Source of the DNA: the human T2T-CHM13v2.0 reference genome, Homo sapiens | Assembly (NCBI RefSeq): GCF_009914755.1 | Contig: NC_060925.1 | Direction: 5' to 3' (one strand) | Length of the DNA: 64,000 bases | Shown here: in pieces, positions 37,493 to 56,861 of the stretch | Numbering within the stretch: the first letter of the stretch is position 1 | Layout: each line of letters begins with the position of its first letter | Made by a program: the position numbers and the translations under genes | The notes under the pieces: model-generated | The model's input: only the letters and a program-made list of their open reading frames with translations | Told to the model about the DNA's origin: nothing | The model's database searches: none

Positions 37493-38501
37493 GTGTTGGC
37501 CAGGCTGGTCTCAAACTCCTGATCTCAGGTGATCTGCCTGCCTTGGCCTCACAAAGTGCTGGGATTACAGGCGTGAACCACTACACCCGGCCTTATGTGA
37601 TTTTATCTAAGGGACTTAAGCATCCTCAGGTCCTAGGGGGTTGTGAAACCAAAACCCCACGGATAGCAAGGGACAACTGTATCTTCAAATTAGACAAATG
37701 GCGCCGGGCACAGTGGCTCACACCTGTAATCCCAGCACTTTCGGAGGCTGAGGCAAGCGGATCACCTGAGGTCAGCAGTTGGAGACCAGCCTGGCCAACA
37801 GGCTGAAACCCTGTCTTTGCAGAAATGAAGGGATAGCTGGGTGTGGTGGCGCATGCCTGTGGTACCACCTACTCGACCGACTGAGGCTGGAGAGTCGCTT
37901 GAACCTGGGAGGTGGAGGATGCAGTGGGCCAGGATGGCGCCACCACACTCCACCCTGGGTGATAGAGTGAGACTCCGTCTCAGAAACAAAACAAAACAAA
38001 AATTAGACAAATGCTACATTAATGTTTGGGTGGTCAGATTCTACTTTGAAGTCTGAAGTTTGCAGATATGCCTATAGATTTTTGGAGTTTACCACTTTCC
38101 TATTCTGTATCATTAATGTAATATCTTAAATTACTATATATTTGACCATTTTTCTGTATTTAGTAAGAAATTTGCATTTCTGATTTGATATAACAAAAGT
38201 TTTAATGTAATTTATATTAGATTTTGCATTTTTTATCACTGTTATACTTTAACGTAAATGACTGATTTAATTGTATTAGTATTGTGAACAATCATGTGGA
38301 ATGTTTTGAGACAGAGTACTCTATTGGTGAATATAATTTTATGGCTTTTTTCACTTAGTAAGAACCTTTCTATCAGTGTGGAAAACTAAGAAAACTGCTC
38401 TCTGCTGTATAATCTGGCATTCATTGTAGATTAAAGCTTATTTTTCTGTGAATAAAACATTCAATAAGATACTATTTAAAATTAAAATAAATAAATAAAT
38501 G
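37493..38501 (+). pseudogene. DHFR: 5'-truncated processed retrocopy of an mRNA 3'UTR end (parent recognised as DHFR long 3'UTR); no coding sequence
   Basis: TSD aattcattccacaagg (37477-37492) / aatgaattccacaagg (38502-38517); AATAAA at ~38451 then an (aaat)n tail. It contains an antisense Alu arm, a MER2 end and a sense Alu with its own TSD aaattagacaaatg. The unique part (...ggcattcattgtagattaaagcttatttttctgtgaataaaac) is recalled as the DHFR 3' end. The retrocopy structure is seen directly; the parent identity is from memory. Confidence 0.68.
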
Positions 38502-38664
38502 AATGAATTCCACAAGGTTAGGGGTACAAGATCAACATACAAAAATCAGTTATATTTCTATCTATATACACTAGCAACAAACAATTAAAAAATGAAATAA
38601 AGGAAACAATTCCATTTATGATAGCATGAAAAAGAAAAAAATATCTTAGGAGTAAATCCAACCA

Positions 38665-39175
38665 AGGAAAATAAGTCATTCTACCAAAAAGACACATACG
38701 TGTACCTGTATATTCATTACAGCACTATTCAAATTAGCAAAAACATAGAATCAGCTCAGGTGCCCACCAACAGTGGGTTGAATAAAGAAAATGAGGTACA
38801 TCCCATGGTACATATACACCATGGAATACTACACAGCCATGTACTTCACAAAAACATGGATGCACCTGGAAACCATTATGCTATGTTAATTAATGCAGAA
38901 ACAGAAATTCAAAGACTAAATGTTCTCACTTACAAGAAGGTGCTAAACACTGGGTATATGTGGTTGTAAAAATGGGAACAACAGACACTGATGAATACAA
39001 CATAGGGAAGGGAGAGGGTTAGGGTTGAAAAAAAATACCTATTGGGTACTATGCTCACTACCTGGGTAACAGATTCATTCGTACGTACTCCAAACTTCAG
39101 CACCGTGAAATATTCCTTTGTAGCAAACCTGCACATGTGCCCCCCCAATTCTAAAATAAAAGTTGAAAAAAGATA
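38665..39175 (+). mobile_element. L1PA16/17-like 3' fragment
   Basis: aaatacctattgggtactatgctcactacctgggt...ctaaaataaaagttg. Confidence 0.8.
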
Positions 39176-41611
39176 AAACTTCAACAAAACATTGTTGAAA
39201 GAAATTAAGATCCAATAAATGGGGAGACATCCCATGTTCATGGATCAGAAGATGAGATGTTGTTATGATGGCATGGTAAACAGAATAATGCCCCTCACCA
39301 AATATGTCCACACCCTAACATCCAGAACCTGACAAAAGGGACTTTACAGATGTGATTAAGATTCTTCAGATGTAGCAATTATCCTGGATTATCTGAGTGG
39401 GTTCAATGTAATCACATAGTCCTTATAAGAGGGAGGCAAGAGGCTTAAAGTCAGAGACAGGAAATGTGACAATGGAAGCAGAGGTTAAAATGATATGGTA
39501 TAGGGAGGAGCCAAGATGGCCGAATAGGAACAGCTCTGGTCTACAGCTCCCAGTGTGAGCGACACAGAAGACGGGTGATTTCTGCATTTCCATCTGAGGT
39601 ACCGGGTTCATCTCACTAGGGAGTGCCAGATAGTGGGCACAGGACAGTGGGTGCAGCGCACTGTGCGCCAGCCGAAGCAGGGCGAGGCACTGACTCACTC
39701 GGGAAGCCCAAGGGATCAGGGAGTTCCCTTTCCTGGTCAAGGACAGGGGTGACAGACGGCACCTGGAAAATCGGGCCACTCCCACCCGAATACTGCGCTT
39801 TTCCGACGGGCTTAGGAAACGGCACACCAGGAGATTATATCCTGCACCTGGCTCGGAGGGTCCTACCCACGGAGTCTCACTGATTGCTAGCACAGCAGTC
39901 TGAGATCAAACTGCAAGGCAGCAGCGAGGCTGGGGGAGGGGCGCCTGCCATTGCCCAGGCTTGCTTAGGTAAACAAAGCAGCCGGGAAGCTCCAACTGGG
40001 TGGAGCCCACCACAGCTCAAGGAGGCCTGCCTGCCTCTGTAGGCTCCACCTCTGGGGGCAGGGCACAGACAAACAAAAAGACAGCAGTAACCTCTGCAGA
40101 CTTAAATGTCCCTGTCTGACAGCTTTAAGGAGAGCAGTGGTTCTCCCAGCACGCAGCTGGAGATCTGAGAACGGGCAGACTGCCTCCTCAAGTGGGTCCC
40201 TGATCCCTGACCCCCGAGCAGCCTAACTGGGAGGCACCCCCCAGTAGGGGCAGACTGACACCTCACATGGCTGGGTACTCCCCTGAGACAAAGCTTCCAG
40301 AGGAACGATCAGACAGCAGCATTCACGGATCACGAAAATCTGCGGTTCTGCAGACACCGCTGCTGATACCCAGGCAAACAGGGTCTGGAGTGGACCTCTA
40401 GCAAACTCCAACAGACCTGCAGCTGAGGGTCCTGTCTGTTAGAAGGAAAACTAACAAACAGAAAGGACATCCACACCAAAAACCCATCTGTACATCACCA
40501 TCATCAAAGACCAAAAGTACATAAAACCACAAAGATGGGGGAAAAACAGAGCAGAAAAACTGGAAACTCTAAAAAGCAGAGCGCCTCTCCTCCTCCAAAG
40601 GAACACAGCTCCTCACCAGCAACAGAACAAAGCTGGACGGAGAATGACTTTGACGAGTTGAGAAAAGAAGGCTTCAGATGATCAAACTACTCCGAGCTAA
40701 AGGAGGAAATTCAAACCAAAGGCAAAGAAGTTGAAAACCTTGAAAAAAATTTAGACGAATGAATAACTAGAATAACCAATACAGAGAAGTGCTTAAAGGA
40801 GCTGATGGAGCTGAAAGCCAAGGCTCAAGAACTACGTGAAGAATGCAGAAGCCTCAGGAGCCGATGCGATCAACTGGAAGAAAGGGTATCAGTGATGGAA
40901 GATGAAATGAATGAAATGAAGCGAGAAGGGAAGTTTAGAGAAAAAAGAATAAAAAGAAACAAACAAAGCCTCCAAGAAATATGGGACTATGTGAAAAGAC
41001 CAAATCTGCATCTGATTGGTATACCTGAAAGGGACAGGGAGAATGGAACCAAGTTGGAAAACACTGTGCAGGATATTATCCAGAACTTCCCCAATCTAGC
41101 AAGGCAGGCCAACATTCAGATTCTGGAAATACAGAGAACGCCACAAAGATACTCCTCGAGAAGAGCAACTCCAAGACACATAATTGTCAGATTCACCAAA
41201 GTTGAAATGAAGGAAAAAATGTTGAGGGCAGCCAGAGAGAAAGGTCAGGTTACCCACAAAGGGAAGCCCATCAGACTAACAGCTGATTTCTCTGCAGAAA
41301 CTCTACAAGCCAGAAGAGAGTGGGGGCCAATATTCAACATTCTTAAAGAAAAGAATTTTCAACCCAGAATTTCACATCCAGCCAAACTAAGCTTCATAAG
41401 TGAAGGACAAATAAAATACTTTACAGACAAGCAAATGCTGAGAGATTTTGTCACCACCAGGCCTGCCCTACAAGAGCTCCTGAAGGAAGCACTAAACATG
41501 GAAAGGCACAACTGGTACCAGCCGCTGCAAAAACATGCCAAAATGTAAAGACCATCGAGACTAGGAAGAAGCTGCATCAACTAATGAGCAAAATAACCAG
41601 CTAACATCATA

Positions 41612-45753
<4,142 letters not shown>

Positions 45754-46148
45754 ACAATGAGAACACATGGACACAGGAAGGGGAACATCACACTCTGGGG
45801 ACTGTTGTGCAGTGGGGGGAGGGGGGAGGGAGAGCATTAGGAGATATACCTAATGCTAAATGACGAGTTAATGGGTGCAGCACACCAGCATGGCACATGT
45901 ATACATATGTAACTAACCTGCACATTGTGCACATGTACCCTAAAACTTAAAGTATAATAATAATAAAAAAAGAAAAAATAATAATAAAATCCCTTGAACC
46001 TCAGGAAAAAAAAAAATGATACGGTATAAAAAAGGAAGAGGCTGTGAGCCACAGAATGCAGATAGCTTCTAGAAATTGGAAAAAGACATGGAAAGAGATT
46101 CTTTCCAAGAAAAGCCTCTAGATGGAATACAGCTCTGCCAACAACTTG

Positions 46149-46448
46149 GTTTTATTTATTTATTTATTTATTTATTTTTTGAGACAGTGTCTCGCTCTGT
46201 CACCGAGGCTAGAGTGCAGTGGCATGATCTCGGCTCACTGCAACCTCTGCCTCCCGGGTGCTTCTGCCACCAAGTAGCTGGGATTACAGGCGTGCACCAC
46301 CATGCCTGGCTAAATTTTTGTATTTTTAGTCAAGACCGGGTTTTGCCATGTTGGCCAGGCTGGTCTCGAACTCCTGGCTTCAAGTGATCTACCTGCCCTA
46401 GTCCTCCCAAAGTGTTGGGATTACAGATGTGAGCCATCATACCTGCCC
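46149..46448 (-). mobile_element. AluS with internal deletion, inside MLT1D
   Basis: (ttta)n head; TSD caacaacttg / caataacttg. Confidence 0.88.
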
Positions 46449-48587
46449 TCAATAACTTGATTTTAGCCCAGAAAACCCCCAGACCTGTAAAATATTAAAT
46501 ATGTGTTGTTTTAAACCACTAAGTTCATGGTAATTTGTTACAGTAGTAGTTTCCTTATAGAACACTAATAGAGATGCCAAAACTTCCAAACTGATCTACG
46601 GATTCGATACAATCGCTTTCAAAATCCCAACTAGATTTTTTTTTGCAAAAAATAAACTGATACTAAAATTCATAGGGAAACTCAAGGGAATGAGAATAGC
46701 CAAAACAATCTTGAAAAAGAAGAATAAAGTTGGAGGACTCACACTTTGCAATTTCAAAACTTACTAGAGCAAGAGTAATAAAGACAATGTGATACTAACA
46801 TAAGGATAGACATAAAGATCAATGGAATAGAATTGAGAGTCCTGAAATAAACTCATTTATGGTTAACTGGCTTTCAACAGCATGTCAAGATCATTCAATG
46901 GAGAAAGACTAGTCATTTCACCAAATAATGCTGGAAAAAATGGATATCCATATTAAAAAAAAGTTGAAGCCCCTTCTGACATCACAAAAGTCAACTCAAA
47001 ATGAAACATAAAACAAAATATAAGAGCTAAAACTAGAAAACACTTAGAAGAAAACATGGTAGTAAATCTTCTTGATCTTGGGTTAGGCAATGGTTTCTTA
47101 GCTATACTATCAAAAGAAAGAAAGAAAGAAAAAAGCAACCGAGAAAAAAAATAAATTGTACTTCATCAAAATTTAACACTTTTGTGCTTCAAAGGACACT
47201 ATCAAGAGAGTTAAGACACCTCACAAAATGGGAAAATATATTTGCAAATCACATATCTGATAACGGACTAGTATCTAGAATGAATAAGGAACTGTCACAA
47301 CTTAAGAATAAAAAAATCCAATTTAAAAATGGGCAAAGGATCTGAATAAACATTTTTTTCCAAAGAAGTTATACAAATGACCAATACACACATGAAAAGA
47401 TCTCAACATCATTAGTCACCAGAGAAATGCAAATCCAAACCAACCACAATGAGATACTACTTCCGGGCCTCCACCAGGATGGAAATAATAAATAAGATAG
47501 ATAATAACAAGTATTGGCAAAGATGTGGAGAAATCAGAACACTCATACATTGATAGTAGAATTATAAAATGATGCACTTTGGAAAATAGTTTGGCAGTTC
47601 CTCAAAATGTTATACATAGTTACTGCATGATCCAACAATTCTACTCTTAGATGTATACCCAAGAGAAATGAAAACACGTATCCACACAAAAGCTTGTATG
47701 CAAATATTCACAGCAGCATTATTCACAATAACCAAAAGGAAAACAACCCAAACATGCAACAACCAATTAATGGATAAACAAAATGTGGTATATCCATACA
47801 ATGTAATATTATTCACCATTAAAAAGGAATAAAGTACAGATATATGTTACACATTTATGGACCTTTAAAACATTATGCTAAGTGAAAGAAGCCAGTCACA
47901 AAAGACTACATATTCTTACTCAATTTATATAAAATGGCTAGAATAAGCAAATCCATAGAGACAGAAAGTAGACTGGTAATTGCTTAGGACTATATGGGAT
48001 TGGATTGGGGAGTGACAGCTAAAGGATGCAAGGTTCTTCTGAGGTGAGGAAAATCTTCTAAAATTGACTGTGGTGAAGGCAGCCCCTACCTGTGAATATA
48101 GTAAAAGCCACTGAATTGTACACTTTAAATGGATGAGTTATACAGTACATGAAGTATATCTCACTAAAGATATTAGGTGGGGAAAACCTGCTGTAAGGTC
48201 CCCTCATTCCAGACTACAAAGTCTTCAGGGACACTGCTGGAGACTGGTTTTCAAGGCCTCATTAGGCAGCCTAGACGTCAAAACAGAGAGAAGATAGCCT
48301 CCCTAATAAAAACAAAACAAACAAAAACCCTAGCAAGGCTAACCTGTTTTGATGGTGTGCTAGACAGCATATTTATCACACAGATATATAACTGAGGAAA
48401 GTTAAAATCCAACTCCTTTTCAATTCTAATCTCCAAGGGAATAGATAAAAGGGAATAGGTACTGAAAAACCATTCACTACTAAATAAAGTTCTAAATAAA
48501 ACTACACTAACATACTGGATAACATTCTGGTTGAGTGACTTCTTTTGTTGCTAATTACCTTGATGCTATATTAGTAATATTTGCAAG

Positions 48588-48900
48588 GGACCGGGCACGG
48601 TGGCTCACGCCTGTAATCCCAGAAATTTTGAGAGGTTGAGGTGGGCAGATCACCTGAGGTCAGGAGTTCAAGACCAGCCTGACCAACATGGAAAAACTCT
48701 GTCTCTACTAATAATACAAAAATTAGCCAGGGATGGTAGTGCACACCTACAATCCCAGCTACTTGGGAGGCTGAGGCAGGAGAATCACTTCAACCCGGGA
48801 GGCAGAGGCTGCATTGAGCTGAGATCATGCCACTGCACTCTAGCCTGGTCAACAGACAGAGACTCTGTCTCAAAGAAAATAATAATAATAATAATAATAA
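48588..48900 (+). mobile_element. AluS with (TAA)n tail
   Basis: TSD taatatttgcaaggga. Confidence 0.9.
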
Positions 48901-49030
48901 TATTTGCAAGGGACAACACACAAAGTAATAATCTGAAAACTTTTGCAATTAGTACTTTAATAATATATCAAAGAACCATTAATAAAGCATATTCAACAAT
49001 ACTATATTTGATCTTTAAAACCTACATAAT

Positions 49031-49335
49031 AGGCCAGGCTGGTGACTCACACCTGCAATCCCAGCACTTTGGGAGGCCGAGGTAGGTGGATCACTTGAGC
49101 CCAGGAGTTCAGGACCAGTGGGGCAACATGGCAAAACCTTATCTCTACAAAAAACACAAAAAGTTAGCCAGGCATGGCGGCATGCACCTGCAGTCCCAGC
49201 CACTCGGGAGGCTGAGGTGAGGGAATTACCTGAGCCTAGAAGGTAGGGGCTGCAGTAAGCCATGATCTTGTCGCTGCATTCCAGCCTGGGTGACAGAGCT
49301 GGATTTCGTCTCAAAAAACAAAACAAAACAAAAAC
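49031..49335 (+). mobile_element. AluJ
   Basis: TSD aacctacataat. Confidence 0.9.
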
Positions 49336-49588
49336 AACCTACATAATTACCTGATTTTAATGTCACATTATGTGCTATCTCAGCAACAGATGGTGTTTAC
49401 AAAATAAAGCAGATTTATCAACACAAAGTAAAGTAACATCAGGGAGTAGAGGACATTTAGCATCTAATTTACCACTGGGGCATCTCTTGATACTTCCCAG
49501 CCCAATGTTGACAGTAAATGAACAAACGCAGTGGGCAAGGCCTGAGAAACGTCACAGTAACTAGGCTCAGGCTTTTCTGTAAAACAGT

Positions 49589-49919
<331 letters not shown>

Positions 49920-50258
49920 TTAGACCACCAGAGATTCTGGCTAAGAATCCATAATGGAGATTAGAGGAGCGGGACAAGATCAGCTGTGTTCTGGGGACTA
50001 CTTTCAGTGACAGAAGTTGTGATTTGCCTCCTAATTTTACTCTTGTAAGCATCCCCAAAAAAAGAGACCAAACAATCCTGGAGGAGCGGTTCCCTTATAG
50101 GGTGAATTTACTCTACGAAATGAATCCAAGAGTCAGAGGAAATGTAGCGCTCGGATCCTTCCGTCAGGACCAAGGCATTTATTCCTCTAACTGCCAGGAG
50201 AGTTGGCTGCTGAGAGGTTACAGCTATGTCCTCCTCCATGAGCTGCCCTCAACCAAAG

Positions 50259-51005
<747 letters not shown>

Positions 51006-51209
51006 TAAAGAAAAATACCCCACCCAGGGTTATGCCTCTTCTCCCTCAGGTCAGCCAGCCCACATCTATTTCCAGATAATTCTCAAGTGCCATCCCAGCT
51101 GCAGAGCTCCCCATAGGATTGACTGAAGTCTCCGTTGTGATTGCATCAATTCGACTTCTCTGCCCTCCTAATTGTGCTTTCCTCACTCCTTTATAAGTGT
51201 CCTGAAAGT

Positions 51210-51310
51210 ACACAGAGAATTGAGGCTCAGAGAGGTTAAGTAACTTGTCCAAGGTTACACAGCTAGAAAGTGGCAGAACTGGGATTTGGGCCCAGGTCTC
51301 CAAACACGGC
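51210..51310 (-). mobile_element. MIR
   Basis: tgaggctcagagaggttaagtaacttgtccaaggttacacagctag. Confidence 0.85.
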
Positions 51311-51399
51311 ACTTAGGAATTTAGAGCTCATTCTCTACGAAACATAATGTTTGAAGGTTTTCCTTTCCTTTTTGTTTTATTGGAATATTTGCTTTTCTA

Positions 51400-52620
51400 A
51401 TGATAGCTTTATTATATAATTCATACATAATAGAGCTCACCCTTGAGAGGTACACAACTTTGAAAAGTACACAATTTGGTTATTTAGTGTATTCAAAGAT
51501 TTGTGCAACCATTGCCACTATCTAATTTTGGAACATTTTCACCCCAGAAGGAAATCCCATACCCATTAGTAATCACTCCCCTTACTCACAGGCCCTAGAA
51601 ACCACTAACCTACTTTCTGTCTCTAGGATTTGCCTATTCTGGACATTTTGTATAAATAAAATAATATATGTGGCTTTTAACTTTTTTATTGTGGTAAAAT
51701 ATACTAAGATTTATCATTTTTAAGTGGACAGTTCAGTGGTATTAAGCACATTCACTTGGTTGTACAACCATCACTCCTACCTATCTCCAGAATTTTTCAT
51801 CCTCCCATACTAAAATTCTAGTTCAACAGAACAGTAACTCTTCATTTCTCTCTCCCCTCAGCCCCTGACAACCTCTATTCTACTTCTATCTCTATGAATT
51901 TGCCTACCTAAATACTGCATGTAAGTGGAATCATATAATGTTTGTCCTTTGGTGTCTGGCTTATTCACTTAGCATAATCTTTAACATTCATCCATGTTGT
52001 AGCATGTATTAGGATTTCCTTCCTTTTCAGGGCTAAATAACATTTCCTGTAGATAGAAAGACAGAGAAAGGAAGGAAGGAAGGAAGGAAAATAGACCTTT
52101 TGTTTATCCATTCATCTGTCGATGGACACTTGGGTTGTTTCCATCTTCTGCCTATTGTGAATAATGCTGCTATAAAACATGGTTGTATAAATATCTATTC
52201 AATTCCCTGCTTTCAATTATTTTGGTTATACAACCAGAAGCAGAATTTCTGGTTCATATGGTTATTCTGTGTTTAATTTTTTTAGGAACTGCCATACTGT
52301 TTTCTACAAAAGCTACACCATTTTATATTTCCAAATGGTTCCAACTTCTCCACATCCTTGCCAACATTTGTTATTTTCTGGCTTTTTAAAAAAATAATAA
52401 CCATCCTAATGGGTGTGAAGTAGTATTTCATTGTGGTTTTGATTTTCATTACTCTAATAATTAGTGCTGTTGAGCATCTTTTCTTGTGCTTATTGGTCAT
52501 CTGTACATTGTCTCTGGAGAAATGTTTATTCAAGTCCTTTCCCATTTTTGAATTAGGTTTTTTCTTGTGGCTGAGTTGTAGTTCTTTAATATATTCTGGA
52601 TATTAATCCCCTTATCAAGC
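51400..52620 (-). mobile_element. L1MB/MA-type 3' fragments (antisense, two nested pieces)
   Basis: gtgcaaccattgccactatctaatttt; cagttcagtggtattaagcacattcac; ccacatccttgccaacatttg. Confidence 0.75.
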
Positions 52621-52949
52621 AGTTCGGTTTTGAGTGGCTATTAAGATATCCACTTAGAAATATCTGGCAGGCAAATATATATGCTGATCTTTGGATTATT
52701 TGGAAGTGCTTCAGAGTTTCAAAGGGAAGAAGTAGCTGGCCATACTGATTAAGTTCTGGTCTCCACCCCAATCCCCAACACAGCTCAGATTTTATCTGCT
52801 GCAAAAGCTGGAATTCCAGCATAAGATTTCCTTTGAAAGTTAGAGTACAGTTGCTTTAAACAAATTTTAAACCACTACATCATATCATGCTATCTTATGT
52901 TCATAAAATTGTAGTTGAAACTGTAGAAATAAATTAGATTGTAAATTAG

Positions 52950-53470
52950 AAGACTTGATATAAGAAGGCGCATCCTACTATTGTGGGGTAAGAGAATAAA
53001 AGAAAACAGAAAGAAAGCCAGAATGGTGAAGTAAAACAAAAATCTAGGAAGAAGCATTTCAAGAGAAATGTATAGTAGACTACAGAAAATTCTATACAGA
53101 GGTCATGAAGAATGAGGACTAGAAAAAAGATACTGTGTTTGGCAATCATGAGGTCACTAGCGACCTTTAAGAGATCAATTTTAATTTAGTGAATGAAAGC
53201 ATAAGTCAGACTACAAAACCTTTAGAAGGTGGAGTGAAGGTTGAGGGAGGGAAGATAAATACAGAATACTCTCAATTTTGGTAAAAGCTGTAATAATAAT
53301 AGTGAATATTTACATAGCACTTAATATGTGTTCAGCCTCATTCTAAGTGCTTTACATATTAACTAATTTAATTCTCAAAACAACCTATGAAGTAGGTACC
53401 ATCATTTTGCCCTTTTACAGTTGAAAAAACTGAGACTTTGAAGGAGCCAGAATTACATATTTGTGATAGT
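52950..53470 (-). mobile_element. L2 and MIR remnants
   Basis: agaggtcatgaagaatgaggactagaaa...; ctcaaaacaacctatgaagtaggtaccatcatt. Confidence 0.65.
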
Positions 53471-54156
53471 ACGTATGTGTACATATGTGTGCATATGTGT
53501 ATATATATATATATATACATACATGCACATATGGTAGATAAATCCAAATACATGTGATGGTAAAGACTACAATAATATAATATTCAGTGAGACAAAAATA
53601 AGAGTTTTTCACAATAGGGAGCCATAATGTGGGGAAGGATTTTATATTACTAATAACATCAATGTATGTTGGTGATGTTGGCTACTCATATCAGTTAGCA
53701 GGTATTGACAGATTTAAACAAAATAAGAACAAGCTGGCTTTTCCAGAATCTATCAGTGCTACAGGCCTCTATTCAATAAAACCATGAATGAATAGGGGGA
53801 AAAATGTAATTATCTCCAAGGCTTTCAAAGACACAATAGATTTTCCTGTTGCTCACAGACCAAAAGATAATGGAAGCACAAAAAGCTATTTTCCTGATTA
53901 GTTCCATTGTATGTTTATACCTAAAAGAAGCAACAATTTTTTTTAACAAAAAAGGTAAGGATTATCTGAAGATAACAAAAAGCTATTTTAAAGCCAGAAA
54001 TCTGTAAAGTTTACTCTCAGAAAAAAGGATTAATATTTGGTAACATCTTGTCATCTTCCTTCCTACTAATATTACCCCTTTGGATCAACTATGCACCAAA
54101 GTATTACGGGGCATAAAAAATGTTAATACAGAAAGAATTTTATTAAAGCTTAATCT

Positions 54157-54491
<335 letters not shown>

Positions 54492-54795
54492 TTATTGCAA
54501 TATTAGACATAATTCTAAAATTTCTTATAATTGGAATTATATTAAAATAGAGCAATGTATCCTGTAGTCCCCACTTCCCAAGTTAATCACTTCCTACTCT
54601 CTTCCCCCATAGTAACTTCTTCTATTATTACAGAACATTGTGGTAAATGCCATTTTATCTATTCAGACCCTTAACTGATTTAATAGAAAATTTTTAAACG
54701 CCATTTTTATATGTACATTCCATAGTAAACTGTGTGCCTCTTAAATATAGAAATTATGTTCTGTTTTGCACAGATCATACTAAAAAATTTAAAGT

Positions 54796-55091
54796 TTTTG
54801 TTTTTTTGTTTTTGAGACAGGGTCTTGCTCTGTTGCCCAGGCTGCAGTGCAATGGCCTGTGATCACAGCTCACTGCAGCCCCAACCTCCCAGGCTCAAGC
54901 ATTCCTCCCACCTCAGCACCCCCAAGTAGCTGGGACTCTAAGTGTGTGCCAACATGCCTGGCTAATTTTTTTTAATAGGGACAGGGTCTCCCTATGTTGC
55001 CCAGGCTGTTCTTGAACTCCTGGGGTCAAGTGATCCTCCCACCTAAGCATCCCAAAGTGCTGGGATTACAAGCGTAAGCCACTGTGCCCAG
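54796..55091 (-). mobile_element. AluJ
   Basis: Antisense dimer. Confidence 0.9.
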
Positions 55092-55421
55092 TTAAAAAAA
55101 AAATAGGTTTTATAAATAAATAAATGGGTGAACAAACATGAAGAAAATTATAGCTTGGCATTACATTAAATACAAATGTCTTTTGATGATAGTAACAATG
55201 ACAATTTTTACTTTGGAATAAGGCCTCTCCAAAATACAGAGAGACATTCTTTGAGTAGTTAAGAGAATGATTTTCCTTCACATCCATTAATAAAGATAGG
55301 TGAAACAATAAATAGAAAAGAAAGTTGACATGGTCCATAGCATTTGTAGAATAAAGATTACATAATGTTTTGACTGCCAACAACAGGTTCAGAAACAATG
55401 ATAACACTAATAAAGGTGTTA

Positions 55422-55735
<314 letters not shown>

Positions 55736-55752
55736 AGGTGATCATTTTTCTA

Positions 55753-56250
<498 letters not shown>

Positions 56251-56416
56251 GAAGCCCACAATTCTTTTCTTTAAAATCAAATTTTTGAGGTACAATTTAC
56301 AATCAGTAAAATTTGCCAATTTAAGCATACAATTTAATAAGTTTTGACAAAAGAATATAGTCATGTAACCACTACAGTCATTAACATTTCCATCACCCAG
56401 AAGTTTTCTCACACCT

Positions 56417-56861
56417 ACAAACCTGAGCCAATCTCCCAAGATGAATCCTGAGTGGTTAACTGGGCCTACATTTAAAATAGAGCCCAAGAGCCATTTACTG
56501 ACTAGAGGTTACACACTTACTCTGAGTTCCTGGAGAACCCACACCTCTGCTTAACTTTGAGACTTTCATAGCTGACTATTCCTATTCACATTGCCCAAAA
56601 CAACCAATAGGCTGTGGCTTGCATCAACCAATCAGAACTCAGCTGTGTTGACCAATCAGAACTAAGAAAGTTTGACTCCTTTATTTGCATACATGGACCT
56701 GTTTGGGAACCTGGACAGGAACTTTCAGTATAAAAGCCAAATCCCTTGTTCTCTGGAATGCACCTTTGTTTTACACCAACAGCTGCATCTTCCTGGTTTT
56801 CAAGCTGTTCTGTGGAATAGTCTCTTTCCTCTAAATTCCATTTCAGAGAACTTTTATTCAC
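56417..56861 (+). mobile_element. LTR47-like (ERVL) solo LTR
   Basis: caagatgaatcctgagtggttaactgggcctacatttaaaatagagcc...cagagaacttttattcaca. Confidence 0.75.
56604..56735 (+). promoter_or_regulatory. LTR U3 promoter motifs: three CCAAT boxes, octamer, TATA
   Basis: CCAAT at 56604, 56628, 56652; ATTTGCAT 56683-56690; TATAAAA 56729-56735. Activity is not shown. Confidence 0.5.

Noticed and set aside
52070-52089. (GGAA)5 microsatellite as an ETS-fusion response element
   Set aside because: Short tract inside an old L1; no supporting evidence.
53475-53535. Imperfect palindromic (TA/CA)n tract
   Set aside because: Ordinary low-complexity microsatellite.
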